Shown here one piece after another: positions 1-10,395 of a DNA stretch of 64,000 nucleotides (positions are counted from its first letter, which is position 1; each line of letters opens with the position of its first letter). The position numbers and the translations under genes are program-made. The notes beneath the pieces are model-generated. The model did no database searches and was not told where the DNA came from. It saw only the letters and a program-made list of their open reading frames with translations. The DNA is from Propionivibrio sp. (GTDB lineage Bacteria; Pseudomonadota; Gammaproteobacteria; Burkholderiales; Rhodocyclaceae): the NCBI GenBank assembly GCA_041441355.1, contig JASDTF010000016.1, positions 56,899 through 120,898 of the forward strand, given 5' to 3'.

Positions 1-2
1 CC

Positions 3-587
3 AACTTCGACCGCCTGCGTTTCGTCGCCGAGCGCGCCGAGATCGGCGAGCAGCGCGAGGCGGTCTTCGCCGTGACGCTGCCCGAGAAGCCCGGCAGCTA
101 CAAAAAATTCCTCGCTCTGATCGGCGCGCGCAGCATCACCGAATTCAACTACCGTTACAACGAGCGTGCCGAAGCACACGTTTTCGTAGGCGTCCAGGTC
201 GCTTCGCGTGCCGAGTCGCTCAAGCTCGTCGAGCAACTGCGCAAGGGCGGCTACGCGACGCTCGACCTGACCGACGATGAAATGGCCAAGCTGCACGTCC
301 GTCACCTCGTCGGCGGGCACGCGCCTCAAGTCGATCACGAACTCGTCTACCGCTTCGAATTCCCCGAGCGTCCGGGCGCGCTGATGAACTTCCTGAGCCA
401 GATGAGCGCCGGTTGGAACATCAGCCTCTTCCACTATCGCAACCACGGCGCCGACTACGGCCGGGTGCTGGTCGGGATGCAGGTGCCGCCGAACGAGATG
501 AAGCAGTTCCGCGACTTCCTCAAGAATCTCGGGTACGCGCATTGGGACGAGACGGGGAATCCCGCGTACAAGCTCTTCCTCGGCTGA
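3..587 (+). CDS. ilvA: Threonine ammonia-lyase, biosynthetic (C-terminal regulatory ACT-like domains; 5' truncated by window edge)
   Basis: NFDRLRFVAERAE..., VTLPEKPGS, YRFEFPERPGAL and WNISLFHYRNHGADYGRVLVG motifs. Confidence 0.95.
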   Translation, partial: NFDRLRFVAERAEIGEQREAVFAVTLPEKPGSYKKFLALIGARSITEFNYRYNERAEAHVFVGVQVASRAESLKLVEQLRKGGYATLDLTDDEMAKLHVRHLVGGHAPQVDHELVYRFEFPERPGALMNFLSQMSAGWNISLFHYRNHGADYGRVLVGMQVPPNEMKQFRDFLKNLGYAHWDETGNPAYKLFLG

Positions 588-624
588 GCTTGAAGGTGGA
601 AGGGCGTTGCCGCGAGGCGGACGC

Positions 625-700
625 CTTCTTTATATCTCTAATCGATCTATTTAAGTAACAAACCATTCTTTTGTGGAATAAGCTGCCGCGATTAGACTTT
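625..700 (+). promoter_or_regulatory. AT-rich promoter region of the sulfate/cysteine operon; possible CysB (LysR) site
   Basis: Strongly AT-rich tract (ttatatctctaatcgatctatttaagtaacaaaccattcttttgtggaataag) in a GC-rich genome, directly upstream of sbp-cysK; regulator identity inferred from gene content only. Confidence 0.4.
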
Positions 701-738
701 TGTCATCGCGCATTCGCGCCGCCCACAGGAGAATACCC

Positions 739-1734
739 ATGGCTTTCCGTCCTGCGGCCGTTCTGGCCGCTTCGTTCGCACTGCTCGTTGGTGGGCCCGC
801 AGCGGCTCAGGTGTCGCTGCTCAACGTGTCCTACGATCCGACGCGCGAGCTGTACCAGGAAATCAACGCCGCCTTCGTGCGTCAGCACAAGGAGAAGACC
901 GGGCAGACCGTGTCGATCCGCCAGTCGCACGGCGGTTCGGGCAAGCAGGCGCGCTCGATCACCGAAGGGCTGGAGGCCGATGTGGCGACGCTGGCCTTGG
1001 CGCCGGACATCGATGCCCTGGCCGACTACGGGCTGATTCCGGCCAACTGGCAGCAGCGTTTGCCGCACAATGCGGCGCCTTACACCTCGACCATCGTTTT
1101 TTTGGTGCGCAAGGGCAACCCGAAGGCAATCAAGGACTGGAGTGACCTCGCCCGGCCGGGGGTTGCGGTCATTACCCCGAACCCCAAAACCTCGGGCGGC
1201 GCGCGCTGGAACTACCTTGCGGCCTGGGGCTACGCGCTCAAACAGCCGGGCGGCGACGAGGCCAAGGCGCGCGATTTCGTACGTCGGGTGTTTGCCAATG
1301 TGCCGGTGCTCGATACCGGAGCGCGCGGTTCGACGACCACCTTTGTCGAGCGCGGCATCGGCGATGTGCTGATCGCCTGGGAAAACGAAGCTTGGCTGGC
1401 GGTGAAGGAAATCGGGCCGAACAAGGTCGAGATCGTCGTGCCGTCGCTCTCCATCCTCGCCGAACCGAGCGTAACGTTGGTCGACCGCTACGCCGACAAG
1501 CACGGGACGCGCGAAATCGCCCAACGTTACCTTGAATTTCTCTATTCTTCAGAGGGTCAAAAGATCGCCGCCAAGCACTATTACCGGCCGCGTGACGCTA
1601 AAGCCGCCGAAAGCGCCGGCCTGCCCAAGCTGAAACTGTTTACCGTCGATGAGCTGTTCGGCGGCTGGCGCAAGGCGTCGCAGGCGCATTTTGCCGACGG
1701 CGCCAGTTTCGACCAGATTTTCACGCGCCGTTAA
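739..1734 (+). CDS. sbp: Sulfate ABC transporter periplasmic binding protein
   Basis: Signal peptide; [41 protein letters not shown] motifs; AGGAG RBS before ATG 739. Confidence 0.95.
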   Translation: MAFRPAAVLAASFALLVGGPAAAQVSLLNVSYDPTRELYQEINAAFVRQHKEKTGQTVSIRQSHGGSGKQARSITEGLEADVATLALAPDIDALADYGLIPANWQQRLPHNAAPYTSTIVFLVRKGNPKAIKDWSDLARPGVAVITPNPKTSGGARWNYLAAWGYALKQPGGDEAKARDFVRRVFANVPVLDTGARGSTTTFVERGIGDVLIAWENEAWLAVKEIGPNKVEIVVPSLSILAEPSVTLVDRYADKHGTREIAQRYLEFLYSSEGQKIAAKHYYRPRDAKAAESAGLPKLKLFTVDELFGGWRKASQAHFADGASFDQIFTRR

Positions 1735-1800
1735 GGCCCGCCCGATTTCCTTATTTCACCCGTGGGCGCTGACCGCCCCAAGCATGCTGGAGGACTTTTC

Positions 1801-2739
1801 ATGACGCTCAAAATCGCCAACAACGTGACCGAACTGATCGGCAATACGCCGCTCGTCAAACTGGGCCGCCTGGCCGCCGGGATCGACGGCACCATCGCCC
1901 TCAAGCTCGAATTCTTCAATCCAGCGCACAGCGTCAAGGACCGCATCGCTGCGGCGATGATCGACGCGGCCCAGGCCGCGGGCAAGATCGGCCCCGACAC
2001 CGTGGTCCTCGAACCGACTTCGGGGAACACCGGCATCGGTCTGGCGATGGTCTGCGCCGCGCGTGGCATCAAGAGTTGTTTCGTGATGCCCGAGACCATG
2101 AGCCGCGAACGCCGTCTGCTGCTCAAGGCCTACGGTGCCGAGTTGGTGCTGACGCCTGGGCCGGAGGGGATGGGCGGCGCCATTGCCAAGGCCAAGGCTC
2201 TGGCCGAATCCGACCCGAAGTACTTCATTCCGCAGCAGTTCGAGAATCCGGCCAACCCGGCGATCCACCGCGCGACGACGGCCGAGGAAGTGTGGCGTGA
2301 CACCGACGGGCAGGTCGACATCTTTGTTGCCGGGATCGGCACCGGCGGTACGATCACCGGCGTCGGCGAAGTGCTCAAGGCGCGTAAACCGGGGGTGCAG
2401 GTGATTGCCGTCGAGCCCGACGCCTCGCCCGTGCTTTCGGGCGGACAAAAGGGGCCGCATCCCATCCAGGGCATCGGCGCGGGCTTTGTCCCGGGGGTGC
2501 TCAACGTCAAAGTCTATGACGAAATCGTGCGTGTGACCGCCGACGACGCCTTCACCACGGCGCGCCGGCTGGCAACCGAGGAAGGCCTGCTGGTCGGCAT
2601 TTCTTCCGGGGCTGCCGTGTGGGCGGCGCTCAAAGTCGCCGCGCGCCCTGAAAACGCCGGTAAACTGACGGTCGTGGTGATTCCCTCGTTCGGCGAACGT
2701 TACCTTTCAACCCAGTTGTACGCCCATTTGGAGGTTTAG
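1801..2739 (+). CDS. cysK: Cysteine synthase A
   Basis: [22 protein letters not shown] (PLP Lys), [19 protein letters not shown]; GGAGG RBS. Confidence 0.95.
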   Translation: MTLKIANNVTELIGNTPLVKLGRLAAGIDGTIALKLEFFNPAHSVKDRIAAAMIDAAQAAGKIGPDTVVLEPTSGNTGIGLAMVCAARGIKSCFVMPETMSRERRLLLKAYGAELVLTPGPEGMGGAIAKAKALAESDPKYFIPQQFENPANPAIHRATTAEEVWRDTDGQVDIFVAGIGTGGTITGVGEVLKARKPGVQVIAVEPDASPVLSGGQKGPHPIQGIGAGFVPGVLNVKVYDEIVRVTADDAFTTARRLATEEGLLVGISSGAAVWAALKVAARPENAGKLTVVVIPSFGERYLSTQLYAHLEV

Positions 2740-2741
2740 AC

Positions 2742-3905
2742 ATGGTGGCTTCGGGCACCGCGTTTGATTTCGAACACGTGCCCGAACGGCGCGGCAGCGA
2801 TTCCGTTAAGTGGAACAAGTACGCCGGGCAGGACGTCCTGCCCTTGTGGATCGCCGACATGGATTTCGCTTCGCCGCCGCCCGTGCTCGCGGCCCTGCAG
2901 GCACGCGTGGCACGCGGAGACTTGGGGTACGCTGAACCCTGGCCGGCGCTGGTCGAGGCCGTGCAGGCCTATTGCCAGCGCCACTATGACTGGCGGGTTG
3001 AGGCCGATTGGCTGGTCTGGTTGCCCGGCCTCGTCTGCGGCATCAACCTCGCCTGTCGCAGCGTCGACGGCGAGGTGCTGACCGCCACCCCCGTCTATCC
3101 GCCCTTCCTTTCTGCACCCGGTTTGTCCGGGCGCGGCTTGGTGCGCGTTTCCCTGCGCGAGGAGGGCGGTCGCTGGTCCTGGGATTTCGCCGCGCTTGAA
3201 GCGGCCGTGACCCCGGCGACTCGCCTGTTGCTGCTCTGTCATCCGCACAACCCGGTCGGGCGGGCCTGGGACGCCGACGAATTGCAAGCGCTGGCCGAAT
3301 TCGCTGCGCGGCATGACCTGGTGGTCTGCTCCGACGAAATTCACTGCGATCTGGTGCTCGATCCCGAGCGCCGCCATGTGCCCTTCGCGCGCCTGGGCGA
3401 AGACGCGACGCGGCGCAGCATTACCCTGATGGCGCCGTCCAAGACGTACAACATCGCCGGCCTGGGCTGTTCGCTGGCGATCATCCCCGATCCGGCGCTG
3501 CGTCGGCGTTACCAGGCGGCGCGGCGCGGCATCGTGCCGGACGTCAATGTGCTCGCGCTCACCGCCTGCGCCTCGGCGCTGCTCGAAGGCGAGGCCTGGC
3601 GGCAGGATCTTCTGGCCGTGCTGCGCGCCAACCGCGACCGGGTCGAAGCCGCGGTGAACGCGATGCCCGGCCTGAGCCTTGGGCACGTCGAGGCGACCTA
3701 CCTGGCCTGGATCGACGCGCGTGGCCTGGGCGTCGACGCTCCGGTCGAGTTTTTCGAAGCCGCCGGGGTCGGCCTTTCGGACGGGCGCGATTTCGGGCTT
3801 CCGGGTTGGGTTCGGCTCAACTTCGGTTGTGCGCCCGCGCTTCTCGACCAGGCCCTGGGCCGCATGCGCGCGGCGTGCCAACAACACCGGCTTGTCATTG
3901 CCTAG
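2742..3905 (+). CDS. patB: MalY/PatB family PLP-dependent C-S lyase (cystathionine beta-lyase)
   Basis: RRGSDSVKW, LPLWIADMDF, LCHPHNPVGR, SDEIHCDL, APSKTYNIAGL, RLNFGC. Confidence 0.9.
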   Translation: MVASGTAFDFEHVPERRGSDSVKWNKYAGQDVLPLWIADMDFASPPPVLAALQARVARGDLGYAEPWPALVEAVQAYCQRHYDWRVEADWLVWLPGLVCGINLACRSVDGEVLTATPVYPPFLSAPGLSGRGLVRVSLREEGGRWSWDFAALEAAVTPATRLLLLCHPHNPVGRAWDADELQALAEFAARHDLVVCSDEIHCDLVLDPERRHVPFARLGEDATRRSITLMAPSKTYNIAGLGCSLAIIPDPALRRRYQAARRGIVPDVNVLALTACASALLEGEAWRQDLLAVLRANRDRVEAAVNAMPGLSLGHVEATYLAWIDARGLGVDAPVEFFEAAGVGLSDGRDFGLPGWVRLNFGCAPALLDQALGRMRAACQQHRLVIA

Positions 3906-3975
3906 GTTTTGCATCTTCAGCGTTCTGCTGTAGTCTGCGCCCTTTAAAGAAAAACAAATACAGCCGGGCGAGGAA

Positions 3976-6900
3976 ATGACAACGTTGGAGGGGGACCGGA
4001 CCGTACGCGATCGCGCGTGGGTCATTCTCTTTTGCGTCGGCGTGGCGGGACTGATCCTGACCTTCTGGCTGGCGCGGTTCACGGCGCAGGCCGCGAACGA
4101 ACGACTGGAACAGCGTTTCGAAATCGCTGCGCGCGAACGCGCGGCGAGCATCGTCGAAGAGTTCCGGATTCCGATCGAGCAGTTGTTCTCGGTCCGTCGC
4201 CTGTTCGACAGTGTCGGCGGGGTCGAGCGCGAGGTGTTCGAGAACTTTTCCGAGCCCATCATGCGTCGCTACGGCGTGCGCGGCATTCGCTGGGCGCCGT
4301 ACATCCAGGCCGACGAGCGGGACGATTTCGAGCGCAATGGCAAGCGCCTCTGGGGGCACGACTTCTCTATTCTGGATCACGACGCAGAAGGGGTGTTCTT
4401 CCGGGCCGGGACGCGTGCGCAATATTTCCCTGTGCTCTACGCCTTGCCGCGGGCCGAAACGCGCAAGAGCATCGGCCTTGACCTGTACGCACACCACGAG
4501 CGTGGCGAGGTGCTGATGCAGGCCATCGAACAGGGGCAGGCGGTGGCCAGCGAAGTCGGGCAGTCGATCGGCGACGGTCTGCATTTCGACGAGATTGTGG
4601 CCATCGCCCTGCCGGTGTATCGCGCCGGGCAGCGTCCCGAGCAGCGCGAAGCGCGTCTGCGCGAGGTGCGCGGAGTCTTGGTCGGGCTGCTCGACATCGG
4701 TGCCCTGTTTGATTCGGCCAACGCCAAAGGCGCCAATCACGGCCTGCGCACCGTGCTCTTCGACCACGCCAGTCCGACGATTCCGATCCGCTCCTGGCAG
4801 GCTGAAGGGAGTGCCGCCGCAGAGTTGCCCTCGGCGGGCGTGCTGACGCACACCCAAAGCTTCGAACTCGCCAATCGCCTGTGGATGGTGCGCATCGTGG
4901 CCGAACCCGCCTGGATTCAGGCCAATAGCACGCGCAGCATGGAGGTCGTGGTTCTGAGCGGCTTTTGCCTGACGGCGTTGATGCTGGTGGGGCTCAACTG
5001 GCTGTTGCGCCGCAGCCGTCGGGTGACGACTCTGGAGACCGAGCTTGAACTCGGCCAAGCGCGCCAGCAGGCGGCGGAAGACTGGGCCAAGAAACTGTCG
5101 CTGGCCGTCGAGCAGAATCCGGCCAGCATCATCATCACCGACATCGACGGCAAGATCGAATTCGCCAACGACACCTTCCTGGCGACCACCGGGTACGCGC
5201 TCGACGAAGTGCTCGGCAAGACGCCGCTGCTGGTGCAGTCGGACGACACGCCGCGCGAGGCCTACGCCGAGCTGTGGCGCGAAATCTCTGCCGGCCGGAT
5301 CTGGCGCGGCGACTTGCAGAACCGGCGCAAGGACGGCGGCCAGTATTGGGAGCGGGTGCTGGTTGCACCGATCAAGGCACCCGACGGCAGCATCGCCAGC
5401 TACATTTGGATCAACGAGGACATCACCGAGCTGCGCGCCCTGTTCGACCAGTTGCGCGACAGCGACAGCCGCTTCCGCGGGGTGTTGGCGACCATGGTCG
5501 AGGGGGTTGCGGTGCTCTCGCCGAAGGGGCACTTCATCTACAGCAACCCCGCCGCCGAGAACGCTTTCGGCTGCCCGGACGGCGGCCTGATCGGGCGACG
5601 CCCCGAAGAATTGCCGGTCGAGCGCCTGCGCGCCGACGGCTCGCTCTGCCCGCCGGGTGAATTCCCCTTGCTGGTGACGCTGCGCGAACAGCGCGAACTG
5701 CGTGACATCACCCAGGGCATCCGCGCCCGCGACGGCAGCGTGCGCTGGCTGCGTGTCAATACCTGCGTGCTGCGCAGCAGCGGCGAGGGCAGTCACCACG
5801 GCGTGGTGCTGACCTTCACCGACGTGACCGAGCGCCAGCACGCTGAAGAACAGTTGCGCCTGGCCTTCGAGGTCATCAACCACACCAGCGAAGGCGTCAT
5901 GGTCAGCGACGCCCAGCACCGCATCCTGTCGATCAACCCGGCACTCGAACGAATGATCGGCCTGCGCAACGCCCAGATCATCGGTCGTCCGTCGGGCGCT
6001 TTCGTGCGCGCCCTTGACGACGCCTCCTTCGCTGCGGTGAACGATGCGCTGGTCAGCGGTCGCCCCTGGCAGGGCGAAGTGCGGTTGAAGAAGAAGACCG
6101 GACGCTCCTTGCACAGCTGGGCGGCGATCGCCGTGGTGCGCGATAACGAGAACCGGATCAAGCACCACATCTCGGTGTTCTCGGACATGACCGAGCGCAA
6201 GGAAGCGCAGGAGCGCATCGAGTTCCTGGCCCACCACGACCCGCTCACCGGCCTGCCCAACCGCCTGCTGCTGCGCGACCGTGTGGCGCAGGCGCTGGCG
6301 CAGGCACTGCGCATGCAAAACCGCGTGGCGTTGATGTTCCTCGACCTCGACCGCTTCAAGACGATCAACGATTCGCTTGGCCACCCGGTCGGCGACGCGC
6401 TGCTCAAGGAAGTCGTCGAGCGCTTGCGGACCTGCGTCCGCGACACCGACACCATCTGCCGCCAGGGTGGCGACGAATTCATCATCCTGCTCAACGACGT
6501 GCGCGACAGCGAAGCCGTCTCGCGCATCGCTGAAAAGATCCACCTGCGCATGACCGAGCCGGTGCTGGTCGGCAAGCATCAGCTCTCGACCTCGTTCTCG
6601 ATCGGCATCGCGCTCGGACCGGATGACGCCAGCGACTTCGACACCCTGTTGCAGAAGGCCGACACGGCGATGTACCACGCCAAGGAGGCGGGGCGGAACA
6701 GCCATCGTTTCTTTACCGAGCAGATGAACCGCCAGGTCGTCGAGCATCTGACGCTGGAGAACAAGCTGCGGCGGGCGCTCGACAACCGCGAGTTCGTCCT
6801 CTACTACCAGCCGCAGATCGACCTCGCCGAAGGGCGCATCGTCGGTGTCGAGGCCCTGATCCGCTGGAACAGCCCCGAAGACGGCCTGGTTTCGCCCGGG

Positions 6901-7539
6901 CGCTTCATTCCTGTTGCCGAGGCTTCGGGCCTGATCGCCCCGATCGGTGCCTGGGTGCTGCGCGAGGCCTGTCGTCAGGCGCGCGCCTGGCAGGATGCCG
7001 GCCTGCCGCCCTTCGTCGTGGCGGTGAACCTTTCGGCGATGCAGTTCAAGCGTCCCGACCTCATCAACACGGTGATCAACGCCCTGGTTCTCGCCGATCT
7101 CGACTCGCAGTGGCTCGAACTCGAACTGACCGAATCGATCCTGATCCAGGATGCGGAGTCGACGGTCGATTCGGTGCGTCGCCTGAAGGCGCTCGGGGTC
7201 AAACTGTCGGTCGACGACTTCGGCACCGGCTACTCAAGCCTTGCCTACCTCAAACGTTTCGCCGTCGACAAGCTCAAGATCGACCAGTCCTTCGTGCGCG
7301 ACCTCGGGCACGATCCGGAGGATTCGGCCATCGTTCGCGCCATCGTCCAGATGGCGCACAGCATGAAACTGACGACGATCGCCGAGGGCGTCGAGACGCA
7401 GGAACTGGCCGACCTGCTGCGCCTCTTCCATTGCGACGAGGCGCAAGGGTTCTGGCTGGCCAAGCCGCTGCCGGCCGACGAACTCGAAGCCTTCGTACGG
7501 GCGCGCATGAAGGTGCCCGGCGACGGCGTTTCGATCTGA
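3976..7539 (+). CDS. Membrane CHASE-PAS(x3)-GGDEF-EAL c-di-GMP signalling protein
   Basis: Two TM segments flanking a CHASE-like periplasmic domain; PAS repeats; HDPLTGLPNR, GGDEF, EAL, DDFGTGYSSL. Confidence 0.92.
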   Translation: MTTLEGDRTVRDRAWVILFCVGVAGLILTFWLARFTAQAANERLEQRFEIAARERAASIVEEFRIPIEQLFSVRRLFDSVGGVEREVFENFSEPIMRRYGVRGIRWAPYIQADERDDFERNGKRLWGHDFSILDHDAEGVFFRAGTRAQYFPVLYALPRAETRKSIGLDLYAHHERGEVLMQAIEQGQAVASEVGQSIGDGLHFDEIVAIALPVYRAGQRPEQREARLREVRGVLVGLLDIGALFDSANAKGANHGLRTVLFDHASPTIPIRSWQAEGSAAAELPSAGVLTHTQSFELANRLWMVRIVAEPAWIQANSTRSMEVVVLSGFCLTALMLVGLNWLLRRSRRVTTLETELELGQARQQAAEDWAKKLSLAVEQNPASIIITDIDGKIEFANDTFLATTGYALDEVLGKTPLLVQSDDTPREAYAELWREISAGRIWRGDLQNRRKDGGQYWERVLVAPIKAPDGSIASYIWINEDITELRALFDQLRDSDSRFRGVLATMVEGVAVLSPKGHFIYSNPAAENAFGCPDGGLIGRRPEELPVERLRADGSLCPPGEFPLLVTLREQRELRDITQGIRARDGSVRWLRVNTCVLRSSGEGSHHGVVLTFTDVTERQHAEEQLRLAFEVINHTSEGVMVSDAQHRILSINPALERMIGLRNAQIIGRPSGAFVRALDDASFAAVNDALVSGRPWQGEVRLKKKTGRSLHSWAAIAVVRDNENRIKHHISVFSDMTERKEAQERIEFLAHHDPLTGLPNRLLLRDRVAQALAQALRMQNRVALMFLDLDRFKTINDSLGHPVGDALLKEVVERLRTCVRDTDTICRQGGDEFIILLNDVRDSEAVSRIAEKIHLRMTEPVLVGKHQLSTSFSIGIALGPDDASDFDTLLQKADTAMYHAKEAGRNSHRFFTEQMNRQVVEHLTLENKLRRALDNREFVLYYQPQIDLAEGRIVGVEALIRWNSPEDGLVSPGRFIPVAEASGLIAPIGAWVLREACRQARAWQDAGLPPFVVAVNLSAMQFKRPDLINTVINALVLADLDSQWLELELTESILIQDAESTVDSVRRLKALGVKLSVDDFGTGYSSLAYLKRFAVDKLKIDQSFVRDLGHDPEDSAIVRAIVQMAHSMKLTTIAEGVETQELADLLRLFHCDEAQGFWLAKPLPADELEAFVRARMKVPGDGVSI

Positions 7540-7714
7540 TCCCGTCGAGGGCGCGCGCGGGGAAACCTGACTGCGCCACAAAGCTCACGACGCGAAGCAA
7601 AATCGGCGAACCCGGGTCGGAGACGTCCATCCGGGGCCATTCGTTACTTCAATGGCGTCCGTTTATTCAGCGCGCGTTACGTGCTGGGCCTTGTCCTCTG
7701 CCGTGCGTGAGCTT

Positions 7715-8323
7715 CTAAGGGCGGAAAACGCCAGCTTCAGTGACCACCGCGTCGAGCGCCACGTCGTGCGCGGCGGGGACGATGCTCTCGACCCGCGCCA
7801 GTTCGAAGCCGATGCCGATCGTCAGCGGGCGCGGCGTGAGCGCGGCGAGGGTGCGGTCGAAGAAACCGCCGCCATAACCCAGGCGGAAGCCGGCGGCGTC
7901 GAAGGCGTTGACCGGGATGAGCAGGGCCTCGGGGCGCACGAACTCGCCTTCGGGCGGGTAGGGAATGCCGTAGCGATCCTCGATCAGCGGCGTGCGGTCG
8001 TCCCAGGCGCGGAAGGCGAGCGGCGTTGCCGGTGCGACGACCACCGGCAGCAGGGCGGCGAAACCCGGCCGGCCCGTGGCGCGCCACTGGGCGAGCAGGG
8101 GGCGCAGGTCGGGCTCGTTCTGGATCGGCCAGCAAAAACCGACGCGTAACCCGGCCAGTTGCGGGAAGGCCGTCGCGAGGTGCTCCTGGATGCGCGCCGA
8201 CCATGCGGCGATCTGTGCCTCCGGCTGCGCGCGGCGCAGGGCGATGAGCCGTTCGCGCAAGGCCCGACGCGTCTCCCGCGCGGGCGAATCAGGGGGCAAT
8301 GCGGGCGGCGCTTGGGCGTCCAT
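7715..8323 (-). CDS. 5-formyltetrahydrofolate cyclo-ligase
   Basis: FCWPIQNEPDL, LIPVNAFDAAGFRLGYGGGFFDRTL, HDVALDAVVTE; start chosen at ATG 8323. Confidence 0.88.
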   Translation of the reverse strand: MDAQAPPALPPDSPARETRRALRERLIALRRAQPEAQIAAWSARIQEHLATAFPQLAGLRVGFCWPIQNEPDLRPLLAQWRATGRPGFAALLPVVVAPATPLAFRAWDDRTPLIEDRYGIPYPPEGEFVRPEALLIPVNAFDAAGFRLGYGGGFFDRTLAALTPRPLTIGIGFELARVESIVPAAHDVALDAVVTEAGVFRP

Positions 8324-8366
8324 GTGGTATGCTGCAAGACAGTATTGGCCTGCCTCCCAGCTTATC

Positions 8367-10316
8367 ATGAAGTCTTTTCTGCGCGCCCGCGTCGCGGCGC
8401 TGTGCCTTGCCATTCCCATGTTCGCCGCCGCGCAGGGGAACGGCACTCCCGATGACCGTTTCCTGGCGGCACGCGATGCCGCGCGCAGCGGCGACCGAGC
8501 CCGGCTCGAACGCCTGGCCGGCGAGTTGCAAGGTCATCCGCTCGAAGCCTACGTCGAGTACTGGCGCCTGCAGCCGGACCTCGCCACCGTCGATCCCAAC
8601 GTCGTCCGCGCTTTCCTGCAGCGTTACGAGCGCACCTACTTGGCGGACAAGCTGCGTAACGACTGGATCAAACAGCTCGGCAAGACGCAGCAGTGGGCCG
8701 AGATCAACGCCGAATATCCACGTCTCGTCCAACCCGAGCCGGAAGTGAACTGCTACGCGCTACAGGCTCGCCGGGCGAACGGCGACGCGAGCGCGCTCGA
8801 CGAGGCGATGCCGCTTTGGCTGACGTTGATCGAGCCGCCCGAAGGCTGCTATCCGGTGCTCGAAGCGCTGATCGTCGCCAAGCGGGTGCTGGCCGACGAC
8901 GTCTGGGCGCGCATCCGCCGCCAGATCGAAGCCAACCGCCCAGCGGCAGCGCGCTTTTCCATGAACTACCTGCCGCCGAGCCAGACGCCCGACGCCAAGA
9001 CGGCGCAGGCGGCGACCGAGTCGTCACTGGCCTGGCTCGCCAAGCTGCCGGCCAACTTCGCGCAGAGTCGCATGCAGCGTGAGCTGGCGGCGATCGCCGT
9101 GGCGCGCGTGGCGCGCAACGACCCGCGCATGGCGGCCGAACAACTCGCCCGTCTCGAAGGCAAGCTGCACGCCGACGCCCGGGCCTGGGCCTGGAGCATC
9201 GTCGGCTGGCAGGCTGCGCAACGTCACCAGCCCGAAGCACTGGATGCCTACCGTCAGGCCGGTGAGGCGCCGCTTTCCGACGAAGTCAGCCAGTGGAAGG
9301 TGCGGGCCGCCTTGCGGGCGCAGGACTGGGGGATGGTGCGCAATGCCATCGAACGCATGCCGCAGGCCTTGTCCAGTCAGCCGACCTGGATCTACTGGCT
9401 GGGCCGCGCGTACCGTGCCGAAGGGCGTGGCGACGAGGCCAACGCCTTGTTCGCGCGCATTGCCGGACAACCCAATTTCTACGGCAACCTGGCCGACGAA
9501 GAACTCGGGCGCGGCATCGTCGTTCCGCAGCGCGCGCCGCAACCGACGCAGGGCGAAGTCGCGCAGATGGCCGCCCGGCCGGAGATCGTCCGTTCGCTTA
9601 CCTTGCTGCGTCTGGGGCTGCGGGTCGAAGGCGTGCGCGAGTGGAACTGGGCGATGCGCGGCCTGAACGACCGCGAGCTGCTGGCCGCCTCGGTGGTCGC
9701 CGAGCGTGCCGGCAACTTCGATCGGGCGATCGCCGCCGCCGACCGGACCAAGGAAGAACACGACTACTCGCTGCGTTACCTGACGCCGTACAGCGAGGAA
9801 GTGCGTCCGGCGGCGCGCCGCCAGTCGCTCGACGACGCCTGGGTCTACGGCCTGATGCGCCAGGAGAGCCGTTTCGTCACCAACGCCAAGTCGAGCGCGG
9901 GGGCCTCCGGGCTGATGCAGCTGATGCCGGCGACGGCCAAATGGGTGGCCAACAAGATCGGTTTGCGCGACTACCACCACGGTCGGGTAAACGACACCGA
10001 GACCAACCTGCTGCTCGGCACCAGCTACATGCGCATGGTGATGGAGAGTCTGGACAACCACCCGGTGCTTGCTTCGGCAGCCTACAACGCCGGCCCTGGA
10101 CGGGCGCGCCGCTGGCGCGCCGAACGGCCGCTCGAAGGCGCGATCTACGCCGAAACGATTCCATTCACCGAAACCCGCGATTACGTGAAGAAGGTGATGA
10201 GCAACGCGGTGTATTACTCGGCGTTGTTCGAAGGGCAGCCGCAGTCGATCAAGACCCGCCTGGGCACGGTCGCGCCGCGCGTGAACGGCGACGCCAAGGC
10301 CGAGGAATTGCCCTAG
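8367..10316 (+). CDS. slt: Soluble lytic murein transglycosylase (Slt70-like)
   Basis: Signal peptide; helical repeats; catalytic RQES, GASGLMQLMP, AAYNAGPGR, ETRDYVKKV. Confidence 0.93.
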   Translation: MKSFLRARVAALCLAIPMFAAAQGNGTPDDRFLAARDAARSGDRARLERLAGELQGHPLEAYVEYWRLQPDLATVDPNVVRAFLQRYERTYLADKLRNDWIKQLGKTQQWAEINAEYPRLVQPEPEVNCYALQARRANGDASALDEAMPLWLTLIEPPEGCYPVLEALIVAKRVLADDVWARIRRQIEANRPAAARFSMNYLPPSQTPDAKTAQAATESSLAWLAKLPANFAQSRMQRELAAIAVARVARNDPRMAAEQLARLEGKLHADARAWAWSIVGWQAAQRHQPEALDAYRQAGEAPLSDEVSQWKVRAALRAQDWGMVRNAIERMPQALSSQPTWIYWLGRAYRAEGRGDEANALFARIAGQPNFYGNLADEELGRGIVVPQRAPQPTQGEVAQMAARPEIVRSLTLLRLGLRVEGVREWNWAMRGLNDRELLAASVVAERAGNFDRAIAAADRTKEEHDYSLRYLTPYSEEVRPAARRQSLDDAWVYGLMRQESRFVTNAKSSAGASGLMQLMPATAKWVANKIGLRDYHHGRVNDTETNLLLGTSYMRMVMESLDNHPVLASAAYNAGPGRARRWRAERPLEGAIYAETIPFTETRDYVKKVMSNAVYYSALFEGQPQSIKTRLGTVAPRVNGDAKAEELP

Positions 10317-10395
10317 AATCCAGTCAGGCGGGGCGTTTTTCGAAACGCCTTCCCTTGCTCTCGCAGCGCGCGTCGCATTTCCAAGGAGGTGTGCC

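Noticed and set aside
3895-6747. Very long antisense or alternate-frame ORFs (e.g. 3895..6747-, 26528..28831-, 53080..55287-, 56640..59327-, 61158..63932-)
   Set aside because: Shadow ORFs opposite well-supported genes, expected from high-GC codon bias; no recognisable motifs.
7540-8366. 6S RNA (ssrS) upstream of the 5-formyl-THF cyclo-ligase
   Set aside because: Only about 43 bp separate this gene from divergent slt, leaving no room; no 6S-like hairpin recognised downstream.
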